Below, in pieces: positions 47,001-55,385 of a stretch of DNA of 64,000 nucleotides. The number at the start of each line of letters is the position of its first letter. The first letter of the stretch is position 1. The translations under genes were made by a program, and so were the position numbers. The stretch lies in the sequence record NC_042018.1, one strand, 5' to 3'. Under the pieces are notes generated by a model. The model saw only the letters and a list, made by a program, of their open reading frames with translations, was not told the origin of the DNA and searched no databases.

Positions 47001-48414
47001 AGAAGTCAGTCCGTTCCACCAATTGAAAGACCAGGAAGAGGTCACGTTTGGTGGTAACCGTGGTCGTAACGAAATCAGTATGGTGAAGCGTACCCGTAGT
47101 CAGCTGCACAGCTACAAGGGGATTATCTCGGAATCCAACAAAGACTCCGGGAAAGTCGGCTTTATCAGTTACCTCACCAGTGACCCGTCTATTTCGGATT
47201 ACCGAGGCAACATTGATTTAAATGCCAAGCCTTCCAATACTGGGTTGTTCTCTGTCATCGGTAACTTGCAGTACGGTGGCACGGTTGACAGTCCACAGCG
47301 TACCAGCTTCGCCAGTATTCAGGCCAGTCAGGCAGTCAGTGCTCAGAACTATACACCGAACATTCTGCGTACGGGTTATGATAACGTCATGGCACACCGC
47401 ACCACCGAGCTGTACAGCAAGATTGCACAGCAAGATGGTAAAGTGACATCGGTCACCAAAGACGCTCTGGTGGTTACGTATAAAGACGGCACCACCGATA
47501 ACTATCCGTTGGGTCTGGTGATCGGTACGGCCTCCGGTGAATACCACCCACATAAACGCATTACTGACTTAAAAGAAGGGGACACCTTCAAAGCTGGGGA
47601 AGCGTTAGGGTGGGACGACCAGTGGTTCATTCGTGATCCATTCTGTCCGGGACAGCTGACGGTAAAAGTGGGACGCATGGTGCGTATCGCATTAGTAGAA
47701 GACCAGGGTGTGTATGAAGACTCCTTGGAAATCGCGAATGAGTTTGCACAAGAGTGTGTCACACCGTATATCAAGTGTAAGTCTTTCCTGATTGGCGTTG
47801 AGCAAGCGTTAACGATGCGGGCGAAAGTAGGTGACGAAGTTGACTACGACACGATTTTATGCGATGTCGAAGACGCGCACGTTGCCGATATTGTCGATAT
47901 CCCATCTGACGCTGGCGGGATTATGAAGTTTGGTACACGACAGGTTAAGTCTCATCACCACGGTAAAGTGGTTGCCATTGAAGTGAAGTACAATGGGCAG
48001 TATGAAGAGATGAGTCCGTCGGTGCTGGAGTTCGTGACCAAGGCTGATAAAGAACGTGCTCGCTTGGCAAAAATTACCAATAGCGGTATCGTGAACGGAA
48101 ACATTTCCTCGAACCTGAACGTGAAGAAACAATCTATCATGCCAGGCAAGGTGAAAATCATGGTGTACATTGAAGCCCTCGACCCATCGGTCACCGCTGA
48201 CAAATACGTTATCGGTAATCAGATGAAAGGCACCGTGGGTAACATCATGCACCGGAAACTGTTTACCCGTGACGGCCGTGAAATCCAGGTGAAGTTCAGT
48301 TTCAAATCGCTGTTCAACCGTATGGTACTCAGTCTGCGTAATAAGCTGACTGTGAATGAACTGGTGATCCATGTAACCAAACAAGCCGTGGATATTTACC
48401 GAGGACGAGTGTAA
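44098..48414 (+). CDS. Virion RNA polymerase beta subunit, main fragment (phiKZ gp178-like)
   Basis: 1438 aa with RpoB-like motifs ESNKDSGKVG, QASQAV, YEDSLEI and DKYVIGNQMKGTV..FSFKSLFNRM. Confidence 0.9.
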   Translation: MKTLLYSEFFRSFVLRKKTELVQPNFLPISEIFLPKFSLIHYLPKHAQEYGPAVTEPFISNFPKDVFIDFVLDFDPVLGKGHNVAFDKLKAIKAYRSSHYTYNWTRNISSVYNRENVLVVENYGLMEKNWAYRPSVFAQYEQYYNRMREVLVNVNAQSKLAKRKQFLRIDLPLVMPEFKGLQEDYRHHLKSFENGLPNPTRQSIRLTKRENSYWVLDWYAFLLGDYEHSMFGQLSDEALDDLHLIFTFNSKCLVVNLGLIKQWFDEIKKDAQRLNATKRFYLALINLTRGGVSEKEIVEEEEENGTATADAGKAKAQAPVVEAEGSDETGGDTGSETEDVSGTSQSTGSTAPAGDILDVFGSNKGSNSGSDDAAGNPGSGADAESDPDAGVQDVAEDWTGDVDDRLLEEETSQDEEVHYDKRDVFDNPMQGIQMALEERARDGSLSVAEQEFFVRKGSRYLEIEMNDGKNFAEFMEIQPEELKTLKADAQVTGEFATVLDESMLQNRAAVLRKDYVNKGLLMKDITRCVLGIQNAGVCLTDFRHERITNVAGSYDTFTLQMHPVDGSQSTRQIRIPAVDKDGMFMVDEVKYHLQLQRMELPIRKINERQVALTSYYDSKLMISRNDKANDDYARWLIKQIQAQATDKKIVIRNGNVYDKTMKTPRLYSMMAKKFQDISIKDPEMTFDFNFHKLVEAHPEFKDYNKLDKFLIGVKGKDPIWVDDYGNVYVGQKEQGTFESLLGISTRKAPLEHCVVNIRGYQFPIGVVLCYYFGIDKLLKIIKAQTRTVPMGNKPNLTEDEFAMVFNDEYLIFNRRERLTTLIFGGMVGLTNLSNFSRVDLNNKGVWVPLMGDPKVKPTHFKEMKNIFDLFIDPITKDELKRMGYSVTIHYLLIDAVKLLMTDYTRHEVELEEQRVVGYERFAGQIYGELCRSIRQYRNKGGDRKHTVDLNPEGVILGIITDTSVNSVEEVSPFHQLKDQEEVTFGGNRGRNEISMVKRTRSQLHSYKGIISESNKDSGKVGFISYLTSDPSISDYRGNIDLNAKPSNTGLFSVIGNLQYGGTVDSPQRTSFASIQASQAVSAQNYTPNILRTGYDNVMAHRTTELYSKIAQQDGKVTSVTKDALVVTYKDGTTDNYPLGLVIGTASGEYHPHKRITDLKEGDTFKAGEALGWDDQWFIRDPFCPGQLTVKVGRMVRIALVEDQGVYEDSLEIANEFAQECVTPYIKCKSFLIGVEQALTMRAKVGDEVDYDTILCDVEDAHVADIVDIPSDAGGIMKFGTRQVKSHHHGKVVAIEVKYNGQYEEMSPSVLEFVTKADKERARLAKITNSGIVNGNISSNLNVKKQSIMPGKVKIMVYIEALDPSVTADKYVIGNQMKGTVGNIMHRKLFTRDGREIQVKFSFKSLFNRMVLSLRNKLTVNELVIHVTKQAVDIYRGRV

Positions 48415-49298
48415 TGACTTTTCGTGATATTAATGCCGTGAAGAATGTCCAGCTTCGTTTAGAAGAGTGCGGACTCTACCCAAAGGCTATTGACGGGGTG
48501 TGGGGTGGTGGTTGTCGTGACGGTGCGATTACACTGTTTGGCGACCACGCGAAAGCGAACGGGATCAAGGACGATCCCGGTTTCATCAAGATGGGAACAA
48601 TTCCGGGTGACGTGATTAAAGAACTGCAGCTGATTCTGGCCAGCTTTAATCTGTACAGCGGTGCTATCGATGGCCTGTGGGGTCGTGGTACCAGCACCGG
48701 TCTGGCGACGGTAGTAGAAGGGTATCGTGCTCGTCGTAACCTGCCGAAGTATAACCGTGCTTGGAGCAAACGCGTTTCTCCTCAGTTCATTCAGATGATT
48801 GAAGACTGGGTGAAAGCGCGTGGGCTGCCAGCAGATGCGGTTGACTGGCTGATGGCTTGCATGAACTTTGAAAGCGGCGGTACGTTTGACCCTCGTATTC
48901 AAAACATCGGTGGGTCTAACTACTTCGGTCTGATTCAGTTTGGTGAAATGGCAGCTAAAGACCTGGGGTACACGTTGCGTCAGGTCATTGCCATGGACCA
49001 GCTCACTCAGCTGAAGCTGGTCTTCGCTTACTTTGACATGTGGGCGAAACGCGGTAAGAAGTACACCCAGCTGGAAGACTTCTACCTCACCATTCTTTAT
49101 CCGGCAGCGGTTGGTATGAAAGCCGACGAAACGCTGTGGCGTAAAGACCTGGCTAACGGCGCACCGAACAAGAGCTATGTTCAGAACCGTGGCTTCGATA
49201 AGAACAAAGACGGACTTATCACTATCGGTGAAATCTGCACCACTATTTATACGTCCTATTTCGATGGGATGCTAACCAAGAACCGAGGAATCCTCTGA
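48414..49298 (+). CDS. Modular endolysin: peptidoglycan-binding repeats plus a lysozyme-like/lytic transglycosylase domain
   Basis: Two LY..AIDG.WG repeats; catalytic region WLMACMNFESGGTFDP..YFGLIQFG. Confidence 0.8.
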   Translation: MTFRDINAVKNVQLRLEECGLYPKAIDGVWGGGCRDGAITLFGDHAKANGIKDDPGFIKMGTIPGDVIKELQLILASFNLYSGAIDGLWGRGTSTGLATVVEGYRARRNLPKYNRAWSKRVSPQFIQMIEDWVKARGLPADAVDWLMACMNFESGGTFDPRIQNIGGSNYFGLIQFGEMAAKDLGYTLRQVIAMDQLTQLKLVFAYFDMWAKRGKKYTQLEDFYLTILYPAAVGMKADETLWRKDLANGAPNKSYVQNRGFDKNKDGLITIGEICTTIYTSYFDGMLTKNRGIL

Positions 49299-49474
49299 TG
49301 GATAATAAACACGAAACGTTAGTCTCTAACGTTCTGGTGGTTGCGAACGTCACTGAAGTGGTTAAGCGCACCGTGCAGAAAGTGGGACTGGATTATCTTC
49401 CCCCGCTGGATGAAGCGATTGTGGAAGAGCAAATCAGCAAAGCGGTTGTTAGCTGCGTGAAGGGAGCTGAATAA
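49298..49474 (+). CDS. Small 58-aa protein absent from the ORF track
   Basis: MDNKHETLVSNVLVVANVTEVVKRTVQKVGLDYLPPLDEAIVEEQISKAVVSCVKGAE fills the gap exactly, with TGATG and TAATG overlaps. Confidence 0.75.
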   Translation: MDNKHETLVSNVLVVANVTEVVKRTVQKVGLDYLPPLDEAIVEEQISKAVVSCVKGAE

Positions 49475-50988
49475 TGATTACCAAAAACAGCGTTATTCTC
49501 GCTGAGCCGATCGTCCTGGGTCTGGACAAACCGCTGGTAGAAAACTCGTCTGACATCGTAAAAGGTCTGATGGAGCTTTCCTACGGCGCGATGCCTTATG
49601 GCGATACCTACCGTACGGAAATTGCTGAAGTAACCGCAGACAACGGTCACACCGATGTAGTGGAACATGTGACCACCAAGCTGGCGGAAAGCATTCGCGA
49701 AGTGTTCTCGCAGATTTCTACCTACGGCATCGGCTTTGCGCGTGTGCTGGCAGATGAGCTGCGTAATGCACAAAACGACGACCACATCATTGATGCAGCA
49801 ACCTCGGGTCTGACCATTCGTTTCGTTAACCTCGACAACGACTTCCTGGTCTCTACGCTGTATCCGGCCGGTCCGAAAAACGTGCAGTTCAATTACGACT
49901 CTATCGACCTGAGTGTGATTGATCGTCTGCAGTTCAACACTGACATGTGCGGTGAGCTGGCCAAGAGCTACATTGATATCCAGCATCCGGATATCGTTCG
50001 CGTCATGAAAGACGACGAGTGTGATAGCGAAGAAGCGTTCTACAGCATCATGGACGTTGAGTGCCTGCGCTCGCTGTTCCATCATCAGAACGGTCGCTTT
50101 GACTTCACCACGGTGAAAACCTATCGTCTGGCGCTGCTGTTCAAGATGTACGTTATCCTGAGCAAAATGTACAGCTCTGATGATCCGATCAAATCACTGG
50201 TTGGTGGTACGCTCACGGATTACCGTGAATACGTTAGCCTGCTGTGGAACGGTCTGTCTACCTACCTGGCTCGTATGAAAGGTATGGTGGGTGTGCTGCG
50301 TGGTCGTGGTATTGCGTTGCATCAGAACAAGCCGGTTCGTTTCAATGCGGTTAAGCGTCACTTCGACCTGACCAACTCGACGTTTGAATTCCAGGAACTG
50401 CACGGCGACGTTACGGTGTTCTACACCAAGCCTGCGGCTGATACCCTGGCGGCAAACAATTACTGTCTGCGTGACTGGGTTATTGGTCGTTTGCTGTGTG
50501 ACCTGAAAGGCGAAGCACACGTTCCGGATGCCGCACTGCTGTCTGGCAACAAACTGACTGGTGTAATGAATGCCTTCATGGACTTCATTCGTAGTGGTCT
50601 GCTGGAACGTCGTCGCGAAGTAACCGAGTTCCTCTTCCAACGTGCTGTTAACAACTTCGTTATGGGTAATGAAACCCTGCGTGAGTTTGTAGCGGCTATG
50701 GACGAAGAAGGTCTGAACGCCGAGAAGATTGTGCATCGCATGAACAGCGATTTCAAATGTGGTTATAACCTGGCGGTTTATCTCGATAACCATCCGGGGA
50801 TGTCCACTGAAGACGCGGTTATCTCCAGCGGTGTGGTTCAACGCTTCCTGCGTGCCATTGATTGCTCTCTGGCCGCTAACATCATCGCCGAAACCGAGTA
50901 TCACTCTGAACACGACGACGCGGTGGAAAAACGTAAACGTCTTCACGCTGCACTGATCAAAGTGCTGGTGAACAAACTCATGGGTTAA
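49474..50988 (+). CDS. Virion head/internal protein (phiKZ gp177-like by synteny)
   Basis: 504 aa with high-expression codon bias, located between the RNAP and protease genes. Confidence 0.6.
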   Translation: MITKNSVILAEPIVLGLDKPLVENSSDIVKGLMELSYGAMPYGDTYRTEIAEVTADNGHTDVVEHVTTKLAESIREVFSQISTYGIGFARVLADELRNAQNDDHIIDAATSGLTIRFVNLDNDFLVSTLYPAGPKNVQFNYDSIDLSVIDRLQFNTDMCGELAKSYIDIQHPDIVRVMKDDECDSEEAFYSIMDVECLRSLFHHQNGRFDFTTVKTYRLALLFKMYVILSKMYSSDDPIKSLVGGTLTDYREYVSLLWNGLSTYLARMKGMVGVLRGRGIALHQNKPVRFNAVKRHFDLTNSTFEFQELHGDVTVFYTKPAADTLAANNYCLRDWVIGRLLCDLKGEAHVPDAALLSGNKLTGVMNAFMDFIRSGLLERRREVTEFLFQRAVNNFVMGNETLREFVAAMDEEGLNAEKIVHRMNSDFKCGYNLAVYLDNHPGMSTEDAVISSGVVQRFLRAIDCSLAANIIAETEYHSEHDDAVEKRKRLHAALIKVLVNKLMG

Positions 50989-50992
50989 CATA

Positions 50993-51718
50993 ATGGACGT
51001 CACTAAACTTACCTATAATCCTAAACGGATTGAATCGTTGTACACCGTAATGGAAGATCGGTCAGTGGTGGCGAACCGTTCCTTTGAGGTGCACATTCCA
51101 AAACGGTTTACAGAAAACGGCATGGCCGAGGTTACCGACGTTGTGACCTCGGTTGTGGTATTGGGCTTGGTTATTCCAGGCGAGTGCTACGGTACGCTGA
51201 TTGCCTTGATGGCCTGTACCATGATTCCTTCGGGGATGCGTGAGATTGGTATCGATGGCGAGAAGTATTTGATTCTCGAAATTGAGAAAGGGGATACGTT
51301 TATTGAGAACCTCTCAGTAACCAAAGACCCGGACATGCCGTATCACTACTTCATGGAGTTCAACGTCTATAGCCGCCTGCCGTGGTATGTGCAGCCCAAG
51401 ATGTTAACGTCATTGTACGATAATGCCAAAATCGATTTGGGTAAGGCAGTGGGAAGTTCCCCTCAGGTTATGCGGGTGTTTAACGCCATGCAGTTCCGTG
51501 ACCCGGATAACCTGGACATTCCCTATCGTAACAGTAAAGCGATGTTGGACGGTCGTCCGCCAGTTATAGTGGGTCTGAATAACAGCAGTATGTTGATTGA
51601 TGGTACATTCTCGAAACTTCTCGGTGGGTATCTGTCGGACAATATCTTGGCCGCCATTATTAACCCGGATAGCCGGACAACGGATTTCGAAAAAGTCATT
51701 AAAGGAATACCGGAATGA
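50993..51718 (+). CDS. Virion RNA polymerase beta' C-terminal fragment (phiKZ gp176-like)
   Basis: C-terminal FSKLLGGYLSDNILAAII..DFEKVIKG resembles the RpoC C-terminus; position is immediately before the prohead protease. Confidence 0.65.
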   Translation: MDVTKLTYNPKRIESLYTVMEDRSVVANRSFEVHIPKRFTENGMAEVTDVVTSVVVLGLVIPGECYGTLIALMACTMIPSGMREIGIDGEKYLILEIEKGDTFIENLSVTKDPDMPYHYFMEFNVYSRLPWYVQPKMLTSLYDNAKIDLGKAVGSSPQVMRVFNAMQFRDPDNLDIPYRNSKAMLDGRPPVIVGLNNSSMLIDGTFSKLLGGYLSDNILAAIINPDSRTTDFEKVIKGIPE

Positions 51719-52569
51719 GCCAAACCGTCTCTTTCGGTAACGTGATTTTAGCACAGAGCGGTAAGAAAGGGATTTTGCGTCCTATCGACGACAGCGGGTA
51801 CTACATGCTGAACGCCGGTGGATTCAACATCCCTAACCGCTCGGGCATCACTTACCGAGCCAACGATTACATCTACGAATGTATGGGGCCGGACTCTGAC
51901 CTGAGCCGTCGCGTGAAGCGTGGTGAAGTGTACATGGAGCTCGACCATCCTCCGCAGTACTACCTGGAAAAAATCAACGGTCAAGTTGTGCGTACGCGTA
52001 TCACTGACGTGTTTGAATGGATTCTGCGTCTGCGTACCATTTGCATGGACCGTGTCTGTGCACACATTCGCAAGATTCACTGGGATATCACGGGTGACCG
52101 TGGAGCACCGATTTACAACCGTGTCGAAACGACCCCGTTTGGACCGTTTAAAGAGATGTTCCAACAGAGCCTGGATACTCCGGACATCAATACCTCTATC
52201 AGTGTGCGTACTGTAACCAAACCGCAGAAGGTTGGCGACCGTACCCGTGAAGTGGATTATTTCACTGGCTACGACTATGTTCCGGAACCGGGCATGGACC
52301 GTGCTAACAAACACATGACCGCAGGACTGGAAAACTATCTCCAGGATGGCGCGTTGGCGTTTGGTGAAGATAACGAACTCACCACTGACTTTGATGCGAT
52401 GATCTACATGGTTGAAAGCACCATGTCGAACCCAACGGTCATGCAGCGTTTTGAAGGCACTGAATCTCTGAAAGAACTCGGCGACATGCTGGCGGTTCTG
52501 AAGAAGGCCGGTGCTGTTAGCCGCAAGATCAGCATGGTTAACCGTAGCTCGCTGTCACTGTTTGCTTAA
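51715..52569 (+). CDS. Prohead maturation protease (phiKZ gp175-like)
   Basis: YMELDHP (His), TSISVR (Ser) and GYDYVPEPG motifs typical of prohead proteases. Confidence 0.85.
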   Translation: MSQTVSFGNVILAQSGKKGILRPIDDSGYYMLNAGGFNIPNRSGITYRANDYIYECMGPDSDLSRRVKRGEVYMELDHPPQYYLEKINGQVVRTRITDVFEWILRLRTICMDRVCAHIRKIHWDITGDRGAPIYNRVETTPFGPFKEMFQQSLDTPDINTSISVRTVTKPQKVGDRTREVDYFTGYDYVPEPGMDRANKHMTAGLENYLQDGALAFGEDNELTTDFDAMIYMVESTMSNPTVMQRFEGTESLKELGDMLAVLKKAGAVSRKISMVNRSSLSLFA

Positions 52570-52571
52570 CA

Positions 52572-52608
52572 ACTAACCCGGGGGCAGCCTCGGGTTAGTA
52601 TTATTTTA
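52572..52608 (+). terminator. Intrinsic terminator
   Basis: ACTAACCCGGGG-gcag-CCTCGGGTTAGT followed by ATTATTTT. Confidence 0.7.
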
Positions 52609-52662
52609 CGTGTTTGTTTATTTTACTGTCTAAACCACCTACATTTCTTTTAAGGAAGAATC

Positions 52663-53394
52663 ATGACCGAAAGCAAGAAACCGTTTTCACAAGACACCAT
52701 GAAAGCACTGTCTGTGATTACTCGTTTTAACGACGTTATCGGCAATACCAATGTGCTGCGTAGTCTGTACCGTGAATCACAAAAAGAGTGGGCGAAATCG
52801 GTTAACGCAAACAACGGCGAACACCTGATCAAATCCATTCACACGGCCGGCTTTAAAACCGATGCTGTGCAGGCATACGTCAGTGTGCTGGCGAAAATCT
52901 TCCTGAGCAGCCAGGGTGCTAACCTGAGCGCCTGGTCTAAGAACAGCCTGGCTGAAGAGCATGCACTGACCGCTGCGGTTATTAGTCGTATGGGCACCAA
53001 GCTCTATGACTCCAACGATCAACTGTTCACCGACGTTGCCACTAAGGTGCTGGGCTTTGACCTGTATCTGGTTGAGTACGTGCTGGCGTCTGAAGGCGGC
53101 GACAAAGCCGTTGACAAACTGGTGGCGTATGTGACCTCTCAGTTTGACGATCTGGTTGGGGCAGAAAACGCCGAGATTTATTTCGACGAGCTGATTGAGC
53201 ACCTGAAACACATCGACCTGATTCAGGACCGCGACAACCTGTTTAGCACCGCGCTGCATCTGATTGTAGGTTACGGCGAAACCGACGGTTATGCAGCGTT
53301 GCTGAAAGCGGCACAGAACGTGCTGGGTTATGTCATCGGTGATCGTACCGGTGAGCAAGACAAAGTCTTTACCTTCCCGCCGGCGAAACTGTAA
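52663..53394 (+). CDS. Hypothetical protein
   Basis: 243-aa helical ORF with an AAGGA RBS. Confidence 0.6.
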   Translation: MTESKKPFSQDTMKALSVITRFNDVIGNTNVLRSLYRESQKEWAKSVNANNGEHLIKSIHTAGFKTDAVQAYVSVLAKIFLSSQGANLSAWSKNSLAEEHALTAAVISRMGTKLYDSNDQLFTDVATKVLGFDLYLVEYVLASEGGDKAVDKLVAYVTSQFDDLVGAENAEIYFDELIEHLKHIDLIQDRDNLFSTALHLIVGYGETDGYAALLKAAQNVLGYVIGDRTGEQDKVFTFPPAKL

Positions 53395-53537
53395 CTGCTT
53401 CGCCTAAAATATTTGAAGCCTGTACTATTAGGGTGACACAGAAGCGGACATCAGTCCGGGGAGATGCGGACGCTACTCCTTTTGTTTGTCTGCTTCTGTT
53501 TACTCATTTAACCATAAATACTTTTAAAGGATAGAAG

Positions 53538-53978
53538 ATGTCTCAGAATAAATCTTTCGCTGACAAAATGGCTGCTGGTGTAACTAACCTGGTTGAGAAC
53601 GCACAGTGGGACAAAGCCACTAAACACGCAACCTTCAGCGCTGACAAAATCGAACTGCCTGAAGGCGTATCGGTTGAGTCCATCAATACCCACATCGATC
53701 TGTTCAATACCCTGACCGCGCAAACCGAAGTGGCCACTGCCGAAATCGGCCGCGCACAACGCGCTGATGACGATACCCTGACCACCGTCGACGGCACGCT
53801 GCAGTTCGGTAACTTCGTTGTTAACTCTCAGCATCACCTGTCTCAGAAAGCCGGCGACGATGTCATGTACGGTCTGTCCACCACAACCGTCGATTACATC
53901 CACTCCGCAGAGCAGACTGACTGGCTGGAAAAACAGCGCAGTGCCAACATTGAGCTGGCAACCTCCCTGTTCAAATAA
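53538..53978 (+). CDS. Hypothetical, probably abundant protein
   Basis: 146 aa with an AAGGA RBS and strong high-expression codon bias. Confidence 0.6.
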   Translation: MSQNKSFADKMAAGVTNLVENAQWDKATKHATFSADKIELPEGVSVESINTHIDLFNTLTAQTEVATAEIGRAQRADDDTLTTVDGTLQFGNFVVNSQHHLSQKAGDDVMYGLSTTTVDYIHSAEQTDWLEKQRSANIELATSLFK

Positions 53979-53999
53979 TCCGTCGCGCTCCGGCGCTGG

Positions 54000-54050
54000 C
54001 TCCTATCCCCAATTGGGGATAGGAGTTTCCCTTGTCGTTCTTTTTTGTTT
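54000..54050 (+). terminator. Intrinsic terminator
   Basis: Palindrome CTCCTATCCCC-aatt-GGGGATAGGAG followed by a T-rich tract. Confidence 0.75.
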
Positions 54051-54063
54051 TTAATTTATATTA

Positions 54064-54089
54064 AATTTCAAATCTACATTACTAATGTG
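54064..54089 (+). promoter_or_regulatory. Putative phage early promoter
   Basis: AATTTCAAATCTACATTACTAATGTG aligns with the copies at 16405 and 30336. Confidence 0.6.
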
Positions 54090-54138
54090 AATCTGTGACC
54101 AAAACAATTATACGTTGTAATTTTATCGAGAGGAATCG

Positions 54139-54834
54139 ATGATGAAAGTTATGAAAACTTACCAGGCTATTAAGTTGGTTATCGGCGAGGTTCTCCCGGA
54201 CAAACTTCTGCTGGCTTGTTTGAACTCCATCATTCATAACGATGAGGCACACAACCTGGACCACATCCAAAAGGTTGTCACGTTAGGCAATGAATTAGCA
54301 GACCGTACAGAACTCAGCATGAAACATCGCCAGATGGTACTGGCCGGTTGTTTGATGCATGACCTCGGTTGTCGCTACCATCGCAAGACGCACCATCAAA
54401 TCAGTTATGGGTTGGCGTTCGAATACTTAGAGAAATTTGGTGACGGTATCTTCACTGAAGAAGAAATCCTTGTGATTGCAGAAAGCTGTTTGCAGCATCG
54501 TGCCAGTTGGACTGAAGACCGCAGTGGTCAGATTTGCGACTTGGTGGCGTTAGCAGACCGCGGTATCTGGAATAAGAAGGAGTACGTTACCCGCAGTGTA
54601 CAGTTCCATCTCCACCGTATTGGGGAACTGGGTATCGACGCTGTGCGTAAGGAAGTGCAAATGCACATTCCTGATAAATTTGGAGAAGACGGCTATGCCT
54701 GGAAGAAATATCCACGCATTGGCTTTACGTTGTTTGAAAAGGAAATCGAAGACTTCAAACGGTTTGCTCTATCACCGGCTGAAATCGATAAGATGATTGA
54801 TGTAGTATTGAACGAATTAAAGCTGTTTCGTTAA
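54139..54834 (+). CDS. HD-domain metal-dependent phosphohydrolase
   Basis: AHNLDH..AGCLMHDLG..HH..CLQH..ALADR metal-binding pattern. Confidence 0.85.
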   Translation: MMKVMKTYQAIKLVIGEVLPDKLLLACLNSIIHNDEAHNLDHIQKVVTLGNELADRTELSMKHRQMVLAGCLMHDLGCRYHRKTHHQISYGLAFEYLEKFGDGIFTEEEILVIAESCLQHRASWTEDRSGQICDLVALADRGIWNKKEYVTRSVQFHLHRIGELGIDAVRKEVQMHIPDKFGEDGYAWKKYPRIGFTLFEKEIEDFKRFALSPAEIDKMIDVVLNELKLFR

Positions 54835-54896
54835 CACAGTATCGGTCAGGGGGCGGAAGCTCTCTGGCTGACTCAACTAATTAGAAGGATACCCTT

Positions 54897-55382
54897 ATGT
54901 TTGATGCACACACTGTTGACACGATTCTGAACGGATCCCTGCTCCTTATCTGGGCGATTGTCTTTGCGTTAGGCTTACAGACTTGGCGGAAGTACAACGA
55001 ACCCACCTGCACTTTCTTCGTGATGCCGACCAAGTACACCATGAACTGGAAACAGGGTTGGCGTAAAGGTAGCATTTCGATTGTCCGCTGCTATGAATGC
55101 CATCAACCCAAATTGACACCGGGCTTCAACAGCTGGAACTTTGTGGTTCCTTTGGACATGCCGTATGAAGAGCTCGCGGAGTTTGTTCGTACCGCACCGG
55201 TAGCTGACTATTATGCCAAGAAAGATTTAGACATATTGGAAGCGTTCCGTGACATGGTCTGTGACCCGGTCATGATTACCGAAGGCAACACCTACGGTGA
55301 TGAAGCGCTCACCCAACTGCTGGATCACGGCGTGGTACTCAAGCACTATGACAATCAGCTGGTTGTACCGTCACACGCATAA
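54897..55382 (+). CDS. Hypothetical membrane-anchored protein
   Basis: N-terminal hydrophobic ILNGSLLLIWAIVFALGL followed by a soluble domain containing CYEC. Confidence 0.55.
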   Translation: MFDAHTVDTILNGSLLLIWAIVFALGLQTWRKYNEPTCTFFVMPTKYTMNWKQGWRKGSISIVRCYECHQPKLTPGFNSWNFVVPLDMPYEELAEFVRTAPVADYYAKKDLDILEAFRDMVCDPVMITEGNTYGDEALTQLLDHGVVLKHYDNQLVVPSHA

Positions 55383-55385
55383 AGT

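Noticed and set aside
42482-48414. Group I intron or intein in the RNAP genes
   Set aside because: Both ORFs are continuous, motifs occur in order, and there are no HN-C/S/T splice signatures.
50194-51003. 269-aa minus-strand ORF, and similar long antisense ORFs such as 5890-6477, 15677-16213, 26096-26701, 33867-34469, 52777-53358 and 58877-59518
   Set aside because: These are in-register shadows of codon-biased genes on the other strand, with no RBS or motif support.
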